The notes under the pieces: model-generated
Told to the model about the DNA's origin: nothing
Databases searched by the model: none
The model's input: only the letters and a program-made list of their open reading frames with translations
Shown here: one piece after another, positions 29,936-38,145 of the stretch
Layout of the letters: each line of letters starts with the position of its first letter
Numbering within the stretch: the stretch's first letter is position 1
Made by a program: the position numbers and the translations under genes
Source: a virus
IMG/VR virus record: IMGVR_UViG_3300030419_002557
Coordinates: 8,077-72,076 of that record
Strand: one strand, 5' to 3'
Length of the DNA: 64,000 nt

Positions 29936-30349
29936 TCATTTGAACCCCCCGTCATTCATCGATGGGGGCTCCTGCATCTGCTCACTGAGCCTATCCATGT
30001 AGTCATTCGTCCATGCATAAAGAGCCCGCTCGATCAGGATGGCTGCTCGCTTGCTTGGAACCTTCGTCAGGAATCCCTTGCGAGTGCCTTTGTCGTATGG
30101 GACAGGGGTTGCAAACTGTTCTGCCGTGATGTCCAGTACCTGCCCGCTCGGGTCGATTAGATACCAGTGCGGCGCACCTTCGTGACGGACAAAGCAGGGC
30201 GTGTACCCTGCATCCTTCCCGCCAAGCAAGTGGTAGGCCGCCTCGGATGCGACGTAGCAGTGGCCTGTGACGGGGCAATCGCTGCCCCGCCAAGGCTCAC
30301 GCCTCAAGTCGTCGCTTACTTCAAGCGCATCGAGTAGTGCGTTCATCAT
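29936..30349 (-). CDS. YunG-like protein (Cys-His-Asp, papain/transglutaminase-like)
   Basis: GHCYVASEA, HWYL, VLDITAEQF. Confidence 0.65.
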   Translation of the reverse strand: MMNALLDALEVSDDLRREPWRGSDCPVTGHCYVASEAAYHLLGGKDAGYTPCFVRHEGAPHWYLIDPSGQVLDITAEQFATPVPYDKGTRKGFLTKVPSKRAAILIERALYAWTNDYMDRLSEQMQEPPSMNDGGFK

Positions 30350-30840
30350 TGCTTACCTCCAATCATGTGCATGATTGAGATGGGAGCATCGACAAGGTCA
30401 CGGGGATGCATGTCGTCCATGCCCCATGGTGCGTCCTCGTAGCCCCGGACTCGCTCTTGAGTTGACTTCGAGATGATCCGCAGCAGCCTGTAGCCGTCGC
30501 TATCGTAGTAGTCGTTCGACTCGCATGACTGGTACTCAAGGCAGCCGATGGCCTTGAACATCTCGCCTGGTGTGAGAGGGTTGACCTCAAAGTATTGGAG
30601 CAGCTTGTCACGGAAGATGTAGGTGTCGTCGCCGCCACTGACCCGTTCGTGGTCGTGGTTGGGGTAGCGAGTGTCAAGACTCCTGACGTTCTCCTTGTCA
30701 AGGATAGTGACGAGCAGCCTGCCTTCATCCATGAAGGAGTTGGAAGGGTCCTCAAAGGTGTATTGGCGGTACTGGCGGGTGCCGATGTAGCTCCCGACGA
30801 TAGCGCATAGGTGGGTAAGGGTGCATTGAAATGCTGACAT
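30346..30840 (-). CDS. Hypothetical early protein
   Basis: Start at MSAFQC after GAGGCAAC; ENVRSLDTRY...CLEYQSCE motif recalled from phage early proteins. Confidence 0.65.
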   Translation of the reverse strand: MSAFQCTLTHLCAIVGSYIGTRQYRQYTFEDPSNSFMDEGRLLVTILDKENVRSLDTRYPNHDHERVSGGDDTYIFRDKLLQYFEVNPLTPGEMFKAIGCLEYQSCESNDYYDSDGYRLLRIISKSTQERVRGYEDAPWGMDDMHPRDLVDAPISIMHMIGGKQ

Positions 30841-30916
30841 GGTTGCCTCAATAGTTGTTAGTCGGTTGAAAGATGGGCAGTTTCGTGACGTGCCCAGGTC
30901 TTGCCTCACGTTTTGT

Positions 30917-31459
30917 TCAGGCCAGCCTGACTGGCATGACCACTGCTGACACAAGCCTCTCCACGTTTGTGACCAGGATTGGTCCGAGTGGATCGGTTGG
31001 CTTCTGGGTGACGGTGATCTCTCCATCGCCTACCCACTTGAGTGCGGCGTTGAGCAGTACAGCGTTCACCCCTGCCTTCTCATGGTGCAGCTTCTGGATA
31101 GGCCAGCCGTGTTGGTCGAGGATCTCAGGGTTGATACCCAGGGTCTGCTTCTCCCATGAGGGTCCAGTCGCGGCGTGGACATCGGCGTGGGTTCGAAGCC
31201 ACTCATCATGGCGCTCGCTTCCAATGAGGTCGAGTGCGATGCTGCCATTGGTCACTGCAATGCGCGGTGCGTTGAATCCTTTGGCGAGCATAAGCCCTCC
31301 GATTCCCGTGCTCTTGAACGTGAACCGCTTCAGGCCCAGGTCCTTTGGGTTCCACACCCTTTCGCTTTCCCGCTGACGGATAAGCTCCTCAGCGGCCTGT
31401 CGGAATGCGCGGGCCATTGCGGTCCCGGCTCGGTTGATTGTCTTGTCATGGTTGAACAT
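30917..31459 (-). CDS. Protein with DnaN (beta-clamp) C-terminal-domain-like region
   Basis: GVNAVLLNAALK, DPLGPILV, SAVVMPVRL resemble DnaN domain III. Confidence 0.55.
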   Translation of the reverse strand: MFNHDKTINRAGTAMARAFRQAAEELIRQRESERVWNPKDLGLKRFTFKSTGIGGLMLAKGFNAPRIAVTNGSIALDLIGSERHDEWLRTHADVHAATGPSWEKQTLGINPEILDQHGWPIQKLHHEKAGVNAVLLNAALKWVGDGEITVTQKPTDPLGPILVTNVERLVSAVVMPVRLA

Positions 31460-31510
31460 GGTTGCCTCCGTTTGTTCATAGTGTAAGTAGCATAGCTACG
31501 GTTTGTGAGT

Positions 31511-31526
31511 TGTCACGGTATGTCAC
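31511..31526 (-). promoter_or_regulatory. GTGACA-N4-GTGACA direct repeat
   Basis: TGTCACggtaTGTCAC on + in intergenic gap upstream of 31459. Confidence 0.6.
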
Positions 31527-31528
31527 AA

Positions 31529-31774
31529 CTATTTGAATGCAGCCTGCACCACCCGTCCTTCCGGGCTGATGACTGCGTGCAGTGTCCAGCCTGGTTTCGG
31601 TGTGGCCGTCTTACTGTTCGCCTGCCTTGTCCACTTGAGGATCATGACCAGGCACACGTTGCCTGAGTCATCCATTGCTGGTGTGTCCCAGTTGATAGCG
31701 CTTGTGCCTGTGTCCTTTCGGTACGAGTCCACTAAGGCGGTGATGATCTTTTCCTGGGCTTTGGTCTTACCCAT
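31529..31774 (-). CDS. Hypothetical early protein
   Basis: 81 aa, GGAGGTG RBS. Confidence 0.55.
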   Translation of the reverse strand: MGKTKAQEKIITALVDSYRKDTGTSAINWDTPAMDDSGNVCLVMILKWTRQANSKTATPKPGWTLHAVISPEGRVVQAAFK

Positions 31775-32129
31775 AGATCACCTCCCCAAAGCAAGCCATC
31801 TGGATGATGGCGTCGGCAATGTCGGAGCCGACATCGCTACTGTCTCCCTCTGCTACCAGTCTTCTGATTGCGGACATGTAGTAGTCGTTGAGCGGTGCCT
31901 TCACGAACAGGTCGAGCGCGGCCTGCTCTACCTTCTCTCGGGTCAGGCTGTACGATGTTTCATCATCATCCGAATCGATGACAAGGTAGGACTTGTATGC
32001 CCCGTCCTCGCCCGTGTTGTCGATGGCTCCAGCCATGGCCCAGTAGCCAATGCCGTAGCCTGCCATGTCTACGATGCCTTCGTAGTCGTCTTGTGACAGT
32101 TCAAAAGTGATTGCTGATGTCGCCATCAC
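31767..32129 (-). CDS. Hypothetical early protein
   Basis: GYGIGYWA...ADAIIQMACFGEVIYG motif recalled from phage early genes. Confidence 0.65.
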   Translation of the reverse strand: MMATSAITFELSQDDYEGIVDMAGYGIGYWAMAGAIDNTGEDGAYKSYLVIDSDDDETSYSLTREKVEQAALDLFVKAPLNDYYMSAIRRLVAEGDSSDVGSDIADAIIQMACFGEVIYG

Positions 32130-32566
32130 TCACCTCCTTCTTCGGCTTTGTTGGGCCGGTCAAGATTGTTGTAGTGGACATAGAGTTGCGTGCGAACATC
32201 GCGCTTCCCTGTCGGATCGAACACCGTCCACTTCTCGTAGTGCGAAGACCAGCGGGTGATGTCCATCGCTTGGCGCTCCTCGTCACTCAGGGCATCCCAC
32301 TCCTCTACGGTGTATCCCTCATCAGTCCCCTGTGGAGTTTCAACCCACGTCGTAAGACCTGTGAACTCAAAGCCACAAGCCTTGACCTCTTCGTGCAGTT
32401 CTTCAAGCACCTCCGTTTGGTGCCTCCCGCCCCATGGGAGTCCGCCGTCTCGCACAAGCAGATGGATGGTGACGCTCCCGCAGGGGTGAATCATGAGTGA
32501 AAGCACTTTAGTGCCAGGGTTTGTCAAACTCGCAATGACTTGCGTTGGTTGCTTCTCAGCTTCCAT
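32126..32566 (-). CDS. Hypothetical early protein
   Basis: Start MEAEKQ after GAGGCAAC. Confidence 0.55.
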   Translation of the reverse strand: MEAEKQPTQVIASLTNPGTKVLSLMIHPCGSVTIHLLVRDGGLPWGGRHQTEVLEELHEEVKACGFEFTGLTTWVETPQGTDEGYTVEEWDALSDEERQAMDITRWSSHYEKWTVFDPTGKRDVRTQLYVHYNNLDRPNKAEEGGE

Positions 32567-32977
32567 TGTTGCCTCAGTGTTGTTGTTGTTGTTGTCGGTC
32601 AAGTTCTTGTCCTACGATATACAAAACGAAACGAATCGGGTTTAGCGGACAAAGAAAGTTTATTTTATTTTCGGCAGGCTCTCAGTCCCTCATCGAGATG
32701 ATGAAGCAGAACACTGCCACCAAGAGGAAAGCACCTGCCAGGGTGTCCAAGATGACATGCCCTTGCTGGGCTGGCTGGTCAATCATCTGGTATTGGATCT
32801 TCATAGATATACCGTGGGATCTTAGAGTATATATATATAAATTAATTATCTAACTAATAGCTTTTGAGAGTAGAGGGGAGTGTGAGGGGAGAAGAGAACT
32901 TTGATTCCCGCTCTCGCTCTCCGTTTGGACGGTGACCAAACAGGAACCTAATGATTCCAGACGGTTGGCCACCGCCC

Positions 32978-33110
32978 TTGGGACGCCTGTCCTCCCCTTG
33001 GGACGGTTGCGCTTCACACTTGGGACGCTTTGTTTCATGCACCGCAGTCATTTCAATGGTTTACGATTGTCTTTTGGGACACTATCGTCTCGCGACTGGG
33101 ACGCTTTGTT
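32978..33110. repeat. Iteron-like TGGGAC repeats
   Basis: TTGGGACG at 32978, 32998, 33020; TTGGGACA 33074; CTGGGACG 33096; beside AT-rich 32825-32860. Confidence 0.55.
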
Positions 33111-33266
33111 ACCACGCAGCCAATGAGCAAGTGCTCGTGCAACGATCTTCTCAAGGGGGGAAGGCTTACTCACGTTCTTGTTCCTCGATTGACTTGATGA
33201 ATCCATGTGCCTCACTAACAGCCCAAGCAAACACAAGTATCCACAAGACTTGAAGTGTGAGCCAGA

Positions 33267-33560
33267 TCATTCCTCACCTCCTTTGAATGCTGGTTGGTAT
33301 GAGTGAATGACAATCCAAGTCGTGTCGTGGTTGGTCCATCCTTTCAGGAAGGCCTTGCCCCACAGCATGAGGGCGGCCTGGTCTGAGTCCAGGTTGTGGA
33401 CCACTTCAAACCTGGCCACGGGGCTTGGCTCTCCATCGACAGGCCACGTCGTGTAGCATCGTTGCAGTTGTTCGCACCCGACTTGGTCGGGCAGGTTCTC
33501 CAACTCTGCGATGTAAAGGTGGGACACCTTGTCGACTGGTGCTTTGTATTGACTATTCAT
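33267..33560 (-). CDS. Hypothetical early protein
   Basis: 97 aa after GAGGCAAC. Confidence 0.55.
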   Translation of the reverse strand: MNSQYKAPVDKVSHLYIAELENLPDQVGCEQLQRCYTTWPVDGEPSPVARFEVVHNLDSDQAALMLWGKAFLKGWTNHDTTWIVIHSYQPAFKGGEE

Positions 33561-33669
33561 TAGTTGCCTCGGTGCCCATTGCTGGGCGTGTGTTGGGTTC
33601 TAAGGTGGGGGTCAGGGCTTGGGTAGGGGAATGCCTACCCTCACCCCTTGGTCGCCGTTAGAGGGCATT

Positions 33670-33987
33670 CTACGCGCTCTCGCTAATGGTTGGCGCGGTA
33701 GCCTGGTTTGCTTTCTCCCATGCTACTTCTGCCTCTTCTTCTTCCAAGCACTCCTCGCACATGAAGGCATCGCCTATCGTAATCGATGGACTGAGCCACT
33801 CACGATTGAAGAGTTCACCGCATCCGTCGCAGCATTCGGCGCAGTCTTCGCAGACATCGCCTTCCTCTAAGGTTTCGAACCAGCCCTCGCATTGCTCGCA
33901 CTGTTCCCAGTCACGGGGGATAGGTTGCTCATAGGTGGCCCTGAAGCAGGCCTCGGTGTACTCATCGCATAGGTGTCGGTCGCTCAT
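33670..33987 (-). CDS. Cys-rich acidic zinc-finger protein
   Basis: Four CxxC pairs; start after GGAGGCAAC. Confidence 0.6.
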   Translation of the reverse strand: MSDRHLCDEYTEACFRATYEQPIPRDWEQCEQCEGWFETLEEGDVCEDCAECCDGCGELFNREWLSPSITIGDAFMCEECLEEEEAEVAWEKANQATAPTISESA

Positions 33988-34277
33988 GGTTGCCTCCAAA
34001 GGTTGGGGTCGTCGGGTAGCACTTCAAGCACATCGTCGCCCCAGTTGTTCCAGATGTCCCGCACACTCTCGACCTCGCACCGTTCAAGGCGTCGGACAAT
34101 CAGTAGGGAGCCTACTCCGTTGCCGTTCCGGCCTGAGTGTTTCGCGTTGCCGCTACCGAATCGGTTCACTTGAACCATGAAGCCAGCATCGGCCAGCCTG
34201 TCGGCCAGTGCCTCGCGCTCCTGGTGTGACATGGGAAGGTTCTCCCCGGTTAGCAGGATGGGAAAGGTGTCGGTCAT
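33984..34277 (-). CDS. Hypothetical early protein
   Basis: 97 aa after GGAGGCAAC. Confidence 0.55.
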   Translation of the reverse strand: MTDTFPILLTGENLPMSHQEREALADRLADAGFMVQVNRFGSGNAKHSGRNGNGVGSLLIVRRLERCEVESVRDIWNNWGDDVLEVLPDDPNLWRQP

Positions 34278-34330
34278 AGTTGCCTCCAGTGTTAGCTGTT
34301 TGTTTATACTGTCGCAGTGCGACTATGTCT

Positions 34331-34346
34331 TGTCACGAAATGTCAC
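34331..34346 (-). promoter_or_regulatory. GTGACA-N4-GTGACA direct repeat
   Basis: TGTCACgaaaTGTCAC on +, identical to 29301-29316, intergenic. Confidence 0.6.
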
Positions 34347-34349
34347 GGG

Positions 34350-34772
34350 TCAGTAGCCCATAGCCTCGGCGTACTGGTCGTAGTGTCGAGAGCTTTCATA
34401 CTCCTGCCAGTTCGGCCAGCCTGGGTCGTCCTCGTACTTGTTCACCCATTCGGTGCCGGTGTGGACAGTGCCGTCCGGGTCAACCTCTTTCCATTCCTGC
34501 CACTTGCCACCCAGGTAGCGTTGTGTGGTCCTGGCTTTCATCTCAGACCAGGGGCAGAAGTCCACACTCTCGGATGAGATCTTGCCATCGCAGTCCTTTC
34601 CGTAGGTGTAGTAGGTCCGGTAGACTCCCTCGATGTCAGCATCAAAGGTGACGCAGCCTCCTTCGTAGCCTTCATCGGTGGGTTGATGCCACCCGTGCTG
34701 GATGGTGTCGCCGGGTTTCATAGTGAGGATCACCTCGCCGTCGTTTATCCATGCTTTGAATCTCATTGTCAT
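34350..34772 (-). CDS. Hypothetical early protein
   Basis: PTDEGY...DCDG...YDQYAEAMGY motif; ATGA coupling. Confidence 0.6.
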   Translation of the reverse strand: MTMRFKAWINDGEVILTMKPGDTIQHGWHQPTDEGYEGGCVTFDADIEGVYRTYYTYGKDCDGKISSESVDFCPWSEMKARTTQRYLGGKWQEWKEVDPDGTVHTGTEWVNKYEDDPGWPNWQEYESSRHYDQYAEAMGY

Positions 34773-35044
34773 TCTCCCTCGTAGCCCTGTGACCAGGGCG
34801 AGTAGCTGGTGTCCCACCCCTCCTCTTCAAGCTCCTCCTGCACCTCATTGGCGAAGTCGTAGAACTTTCTGATTCGGTCGTAGCTGTTGCTCAACAAGAC
34901 CTGCTCGGCGCGGTTCAGACACTCGTCTGCTCCGTTGTCGAAGGCCAAGTCGATGTTCGAGACCATGCCCATCAATCCGCTGATGAGTTCACCGAATCGG
35001 TGGTGGTCTTCAAAGTAGATCGCTTTCAAGTTCTTCTTGTTCAT
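34769..35044 (-). CDS. Hypothetical early protein
   Basis: Start MNKKNLK after GAGGCAAC. Confidence 0.55.
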   Translation of the reverse strand: MNKKNLKAIYFEDHHRFGELISGLMGMVSNIDLAFDNGADECLNRAEQVLLSNSYDRIRKFYDFANEVQEELEEEGWDTSYSPWSQGYEGE

Positions 35045-35063
35045 TGGTTGCCTCGTTGGTTGG

Positions 35064-35261
35064 TTAGAGTCCAGGTTGGCGAGCGTCGGCAGCAGCACAC
35101 CAGATGTCTTCTGGTACGCAGCTATGGTGAGCTACAATCCACCCACGGTCATCTTGCCCGACGAGCGAGCCTTGCCTTTCGCCTACCCTGCGCTTGCAGT
35201 AGCGGCACCAGCCTGCGAATTTGTTGCGTCGGAACGGGGTCTCACGGTCGATGCGGTTCAT
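35064..35261 (-). CDS. Small zinc-binding protein
   Basis: RNKFAGWCRYC...HHSC; GAGGCAAC upstream. Confidence 0.55.
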   Translation of the reverse strand: MNRIDRETPFRRNKFAGWCRYCKRRVGERQGSLVGQDDRGWIVAHHSCVPEDIWCAAADARQPGL

Positions 35262-35276
35262 TGGTTGCCTCTCAGG

Positions 35277-35600
35277 TTAGCCAGCGTTGAAGCTGGCAAT
35301 GATCACAGGGTTTTCTGGGGTGAAGTCAGCGACTCCGATCTTGGTCACCTCAAGTTGCTCCGGGTCGTCAACCCAGCCGTGGTACATGCCAGATCGTGGC
35401 TCAGTGGTCCCGTCTTGGAAGACCATCACCCATCCTGCCTTCTGGGTGCGATCCCACTTGCGGTCATCCCACTCGTGGTAGGGGCCGGGGTAGGTGTATC
35501 GAGCCTCGGTTTCATCGGTCGCAATGACGACGAATGAATCCCATTCATCGTAGCCACCGTTGTCAAGCCTCTTTACGAGGTAGATGTTCTTGCTGTTCAT
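35277..35600 (-). CDS. Hypothetical early protein
   Basis: YDEWDSFVVIA...EAR...IIASFNAG; GAGGCAAC upstream. Confidence 0.65.
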   Translation of the reverse strand: MNSKNIYLVKRLDNGGYDEWDSFVVIATDETEARYTYPGPYHEWDDRKWDRTQKAGWVMVFQDGTTEPRSGMYHGWVDDPEQLEVTKIGVADFTPENPVIIASFNAG

Positions 35601-35690
35601 TGTTGCCTCTCACTTAGAAAGACGATGCCCGCCCTGGTAGGCGGACAAAGTCTTTCAGTTTTTTTTTGATAGGCTCGCAGCCTATCGTTT

Positions 35691-36068
35691 TTATGCGGAC
35701 ACCACGGTCATCACCGCTGGGTTGGGTCCGAAGTTCCACACCAGTCCGTGCTCGGTAAGCACATCGAAGATTCTGTTCCAACCTTCGATGACCTCGGTGC
35801 CTTCGTAGGTCGGGTTGGGGATGTAGTCCTCGGTGAGGATCACCACCAGCGCATCCGGTTCCCACTGGCTGGGGTCCTCCTCTCCGAGGTAGGTGCGGTG
35901 GATGATGGCTGCACGCACTTGCTTTCTGAGGTGGGAGTGAGTGAGCGGTGAGCTACCGTCCTTGGTATCCAGTCCAAGGTCCGCAGCGATGCGTTCACCG
36001 AACTCGTTGTAGATGGCCTGCCTTACTTGGAGCAGCGTGTTTAGTTTATGGATCGATGGTTCAATCAT
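35691..36068 (-). CDS. Hypothetical early protein
   Basis: Start MIEPSIH after GAGGCAAC. Confidence 0.55.
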   Translation of the reverse strand: MIEPSIHKLNTLLQVRQAIYNEFGERIAADLGLDTKDGSSPLTHSHLRKQVRAAIIHRTYLGEEDPSQWEPDALVVILTEDYIPNPTYEGTEVIEGWNRIFDVLTEHGLVWNFGPNPAVMTVVSA

Positions 36069-36158
36069 TGGTTGCCTCGCTTGTTGAAAGTGGTGGGGGC
36101 ATCGCACCCCCAAGGACCGCTCGTGTCTTCTTGCCAGTGGTCTGTAGGCGGGTAGGGA

Positions 36159-36515
36159 TCATCCGGTGTAGACCATCCCTGCGGTTTCAAGGGCTTCTCG
36201 AAAGCCACCCTTCATCACTGAGCAGCCTTCTGCATACTGGGATGACACCAGCCAGATGTCCTGGTCAACAAACCAGAACAGGATGGGCCCTCGCTCGTAG
36301 TTGCAGGTGACCTCCCAGGCGGGGCCGCTGATCTCCTTGTAGCGGTAGTCGGGCGCTCCCCATGGGTCGGTGTAGTATTCCTTGACTCGCCTCTCCTCCT
36401 TCGGGTCGAAGCTCACATAGCAGGAGTCGTCTGGCATGCCTGCCTCTTTGGCGTTGGCACGCCATTCTGCTGCTACATGCTCGATCTTTTCCGGGGTAGG
36501 TGGTTTCCACTTCAT
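36159..36515 (-). CDS. Hypothetical early protein
   Basis: 118 aa, GGAG RBS. Confidence 0.55.
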   Translation of the reverse strand: MKWKPPTPEKIEHVAAEWRANAKEAGMPDDSCYVSFDPKEERRVKEYYTDPWGAPDYRYKEISGPAWEVTCNYERGPILFWFVDQDIWLVSSQYAEGCSVMKGGFREALETAGMVYTG

Positions 36516-36518
36516 GGT

Positions 36519-36650
36519 CTATTCTCCTGCGTTGTAAACGTGGTAGCGCCCATCCAACTCACGTTGGACGAACAAGGTTGCCCAGGCCGGGTGGTGGTCA
36601 CAGAATGTGATCGCTTCCCTGAGCGTCAAGAATGCTTTGATTGAATCCAT
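36519..36650 (-). CDS. Small hypothetical protein; not in ORF track
   Basis: 43 aa MDSIKAFLTLREAITF..., GGAG RBS, 3 nt from both neighbours. Confidence 0.5.
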   Translation of the reverse strand: MDSIKAFLTLREAITFCDHHPAWATLFVQRELDGRYHVYNAGE

Positions 36651-36653
36651 GGT

Positions 36654-36803
36654 CTACTCCCCCACTTGGTAGGTGAACTCAAGGTTCCCCCAGGTCAAGC
36701 GGGCTTCAAGCTCCGCGCGTCGACGTGTCGCAAAGCGACCGCCAAGGTTCTTGCCATTGAGAATCGCTTCCCATCTGCCGTGTCGTGAAATGATCGTGAT
36801 CAT
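36654..36803 (-). CDS. Small hypothetical protein; not in ORF track
   Basis: 49 aa MITIISRHGRWEAILNGKNLGGRFATRRRA..., GAGGCAAC upstream. Confidence 0.55.
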   Translation of the reverse strand: MITIISRHGRWEAILNGKNLGGRFATRRRAELEARLTWGNLEFTYQVGE

Positions 36804-36820
36804 TGTTGCCTCTTGGTTGC

Positions 36821-36900
36821 GGATCTATTAGATCCATTGACTGTATACTCAATAAAGGATCTATATATGGTGTGTGTGTTTATATATAGATCCTTGGATC
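36821..36900. repeat. AT-rich, GATC-rich inverted repeats
   Basis: GGATCTA-T-TAGATCC; AAGGATCTATATAT-N13-ATATATAGATCCTT. Confidence 0.7.
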
Positions 36901-36958
36901 AGTATAGAATCCAGGGGTTAGGTAAGGGTTAGTGGTAGGGTCAGTGTGTAGAGCACTG

Positions 36959-37141
36959 TCAATGCAATGGCCATGGGGTTGCCTCCTTAGTTTCGAGTTG
37001 GATGATGTCGGTTGTTTCACAGATGACTTGGGCCTTGGCGTAGGCAGCCTTGGTCGCTATGCCCCAGGCAACTGCATACAGCAGGCCAGTGCGGACAGTA
37101 GGGTAGCCACCCAAGTGGTTCCAGGTTTTCAAGGTGTACAT
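36959..37141 (-). CDS. Small hypothetical early protein
   Basis: 60 aa, AGGAG RBS. Confidence 0.45.
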   Translation of the reverse strand: MYTLKTWNHLGGYPTVRTGLLYAVAWGIATKAAYAKAQVICETTDIIQLETKEATPWPLH

Positions 37142-37150
37142 CGTTCTCCT

Positions 37151-37171
37151 TGTGGATAAGCCTGTGGATAA
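37151..37171 (-). promoter_or_regulatory. Two tandem consensus DnaA boxes (TTATCCACA)
   Basis: TGTGGATAA at 37151-37159 and 37163-37171, intergenic. Confidence 0.65.
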
Positions 37172-37199
37172 GTCAGGCGGGTTGTTGACAATCTCAGTC

Positions 37200-37993
37200 T
37201 CAGTCAGCCTGTCAGCGTGGTGCTGCTCAAGCTCACGGAGACCGGCAGGACACCCTTAGTAGAGTGCCTGCTGGTTGCCTCCATTCCCCCCCACTGTTCC
37301 TCGGGGTGCCAGGTGTCATCGTGACCTACTCGGACTTGGATGCACCGCCCGTCAATGGGCCGTGGGGGTCGTTCACCGCAACACATCCAGGCTATTTGAG
37401 GGTCTTCGCATGGTCGCTCGCCTCGCGGATCGGTCTCTTGCTTGCGTGTTCCTTGGCGTCGGGGCTCCTTGCAGGCACCGACCCTGTACTATGGCAAGCT
37501 CAACAGCAGCCCATCCTATGCCCCCTTCTCAGGGAGTCCCTATCACTATGGTGACCAGGGGGAGTGGGCTTTCACTCCTAACTCAGTCCGGCTTCCCTGC
37601 TCGAAAGCAGCATCCGGCTCGATGTGTTCAGCTTCTGTGCGCTACTGACTGCGTGTCTGGTCCCTCTCTACTTGCGGGGCCCGGTCTCTCACTTCTCGCC
37701 TACCCTTGCGGGGGTCTGGTACTCGGAGTGCTTAGGGGCGATCCGGCTTACGATAGCCAGGGTGCCTTGCAGTGTTCGCGATGTCAAAGAGCGTCACTCA
37801 CCCCCCGTAGGGGTCCGGTTCGTCGCCATGCTTGCGAGCCCCCCGGATATGGGGTCCATCTCTGAGCACTTCTCCGAAGAGCGCCGCCGTAGCTCAGGTC
37901 CTGCACCCCAGTTGGGGTTGGAGCAGCCTGTCGAGATGAATCATTGATGAGTGATTGAAAGAGCGTGTCGAGTGGGGTGTTTCCCAGCGACAC
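37200..37993 (-). ncRNA. Candidate large structured non-coding RNA (~800 nt; 3' end uncertain)
   Basis: No credible ORF; many hairpins whose loops read UUCG, UACG, GCAA and GAGA on the minus strand; sigma70-like promoter directly upstream. Confidence 0.6.
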
Positions 37994-37997
37994 AAGG

Positions 37998-38057
37998 ATT
38001 GTATCCGGTCTGCTTACACTGTCTAATCGATGTACTGCGAGGAAGTTGGGCTGTAAA
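37998..38057 (-). promoter_or_regulatory. Tandem leftward sigma70-like promoters
   Basis: TAGACA-N16-TACAAT and TTTACA-N17-TACATC with AT-rich UP-like region upstream. Confidence 0.6.
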
Positions 38058-38145
38058 CCCCTGGAATCATTGAATAAAAAAAATGCATTTTATTTGATTT
38101 TATTTTTGGTGCAGGCTCCCCGTCTATCGTTTAGCTTTTTTTCTT

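Noticed and set aside
37583-37620. GAGCCGGAUG hairpin on minus strand resembling group II intron domain V
   Set aside because: The 3' half lacks the AC bulge and CGGUUC; no domain VI, reverse transcriptase or interrupted gene seen
37204-37993. Several ORFs of 60-196 aa across the candidate RNA
   Set aside because: Mutually overlapping on both strands, mostly non-ATG starts, no good RBS, composition typical of GC-rich non-coding DNA
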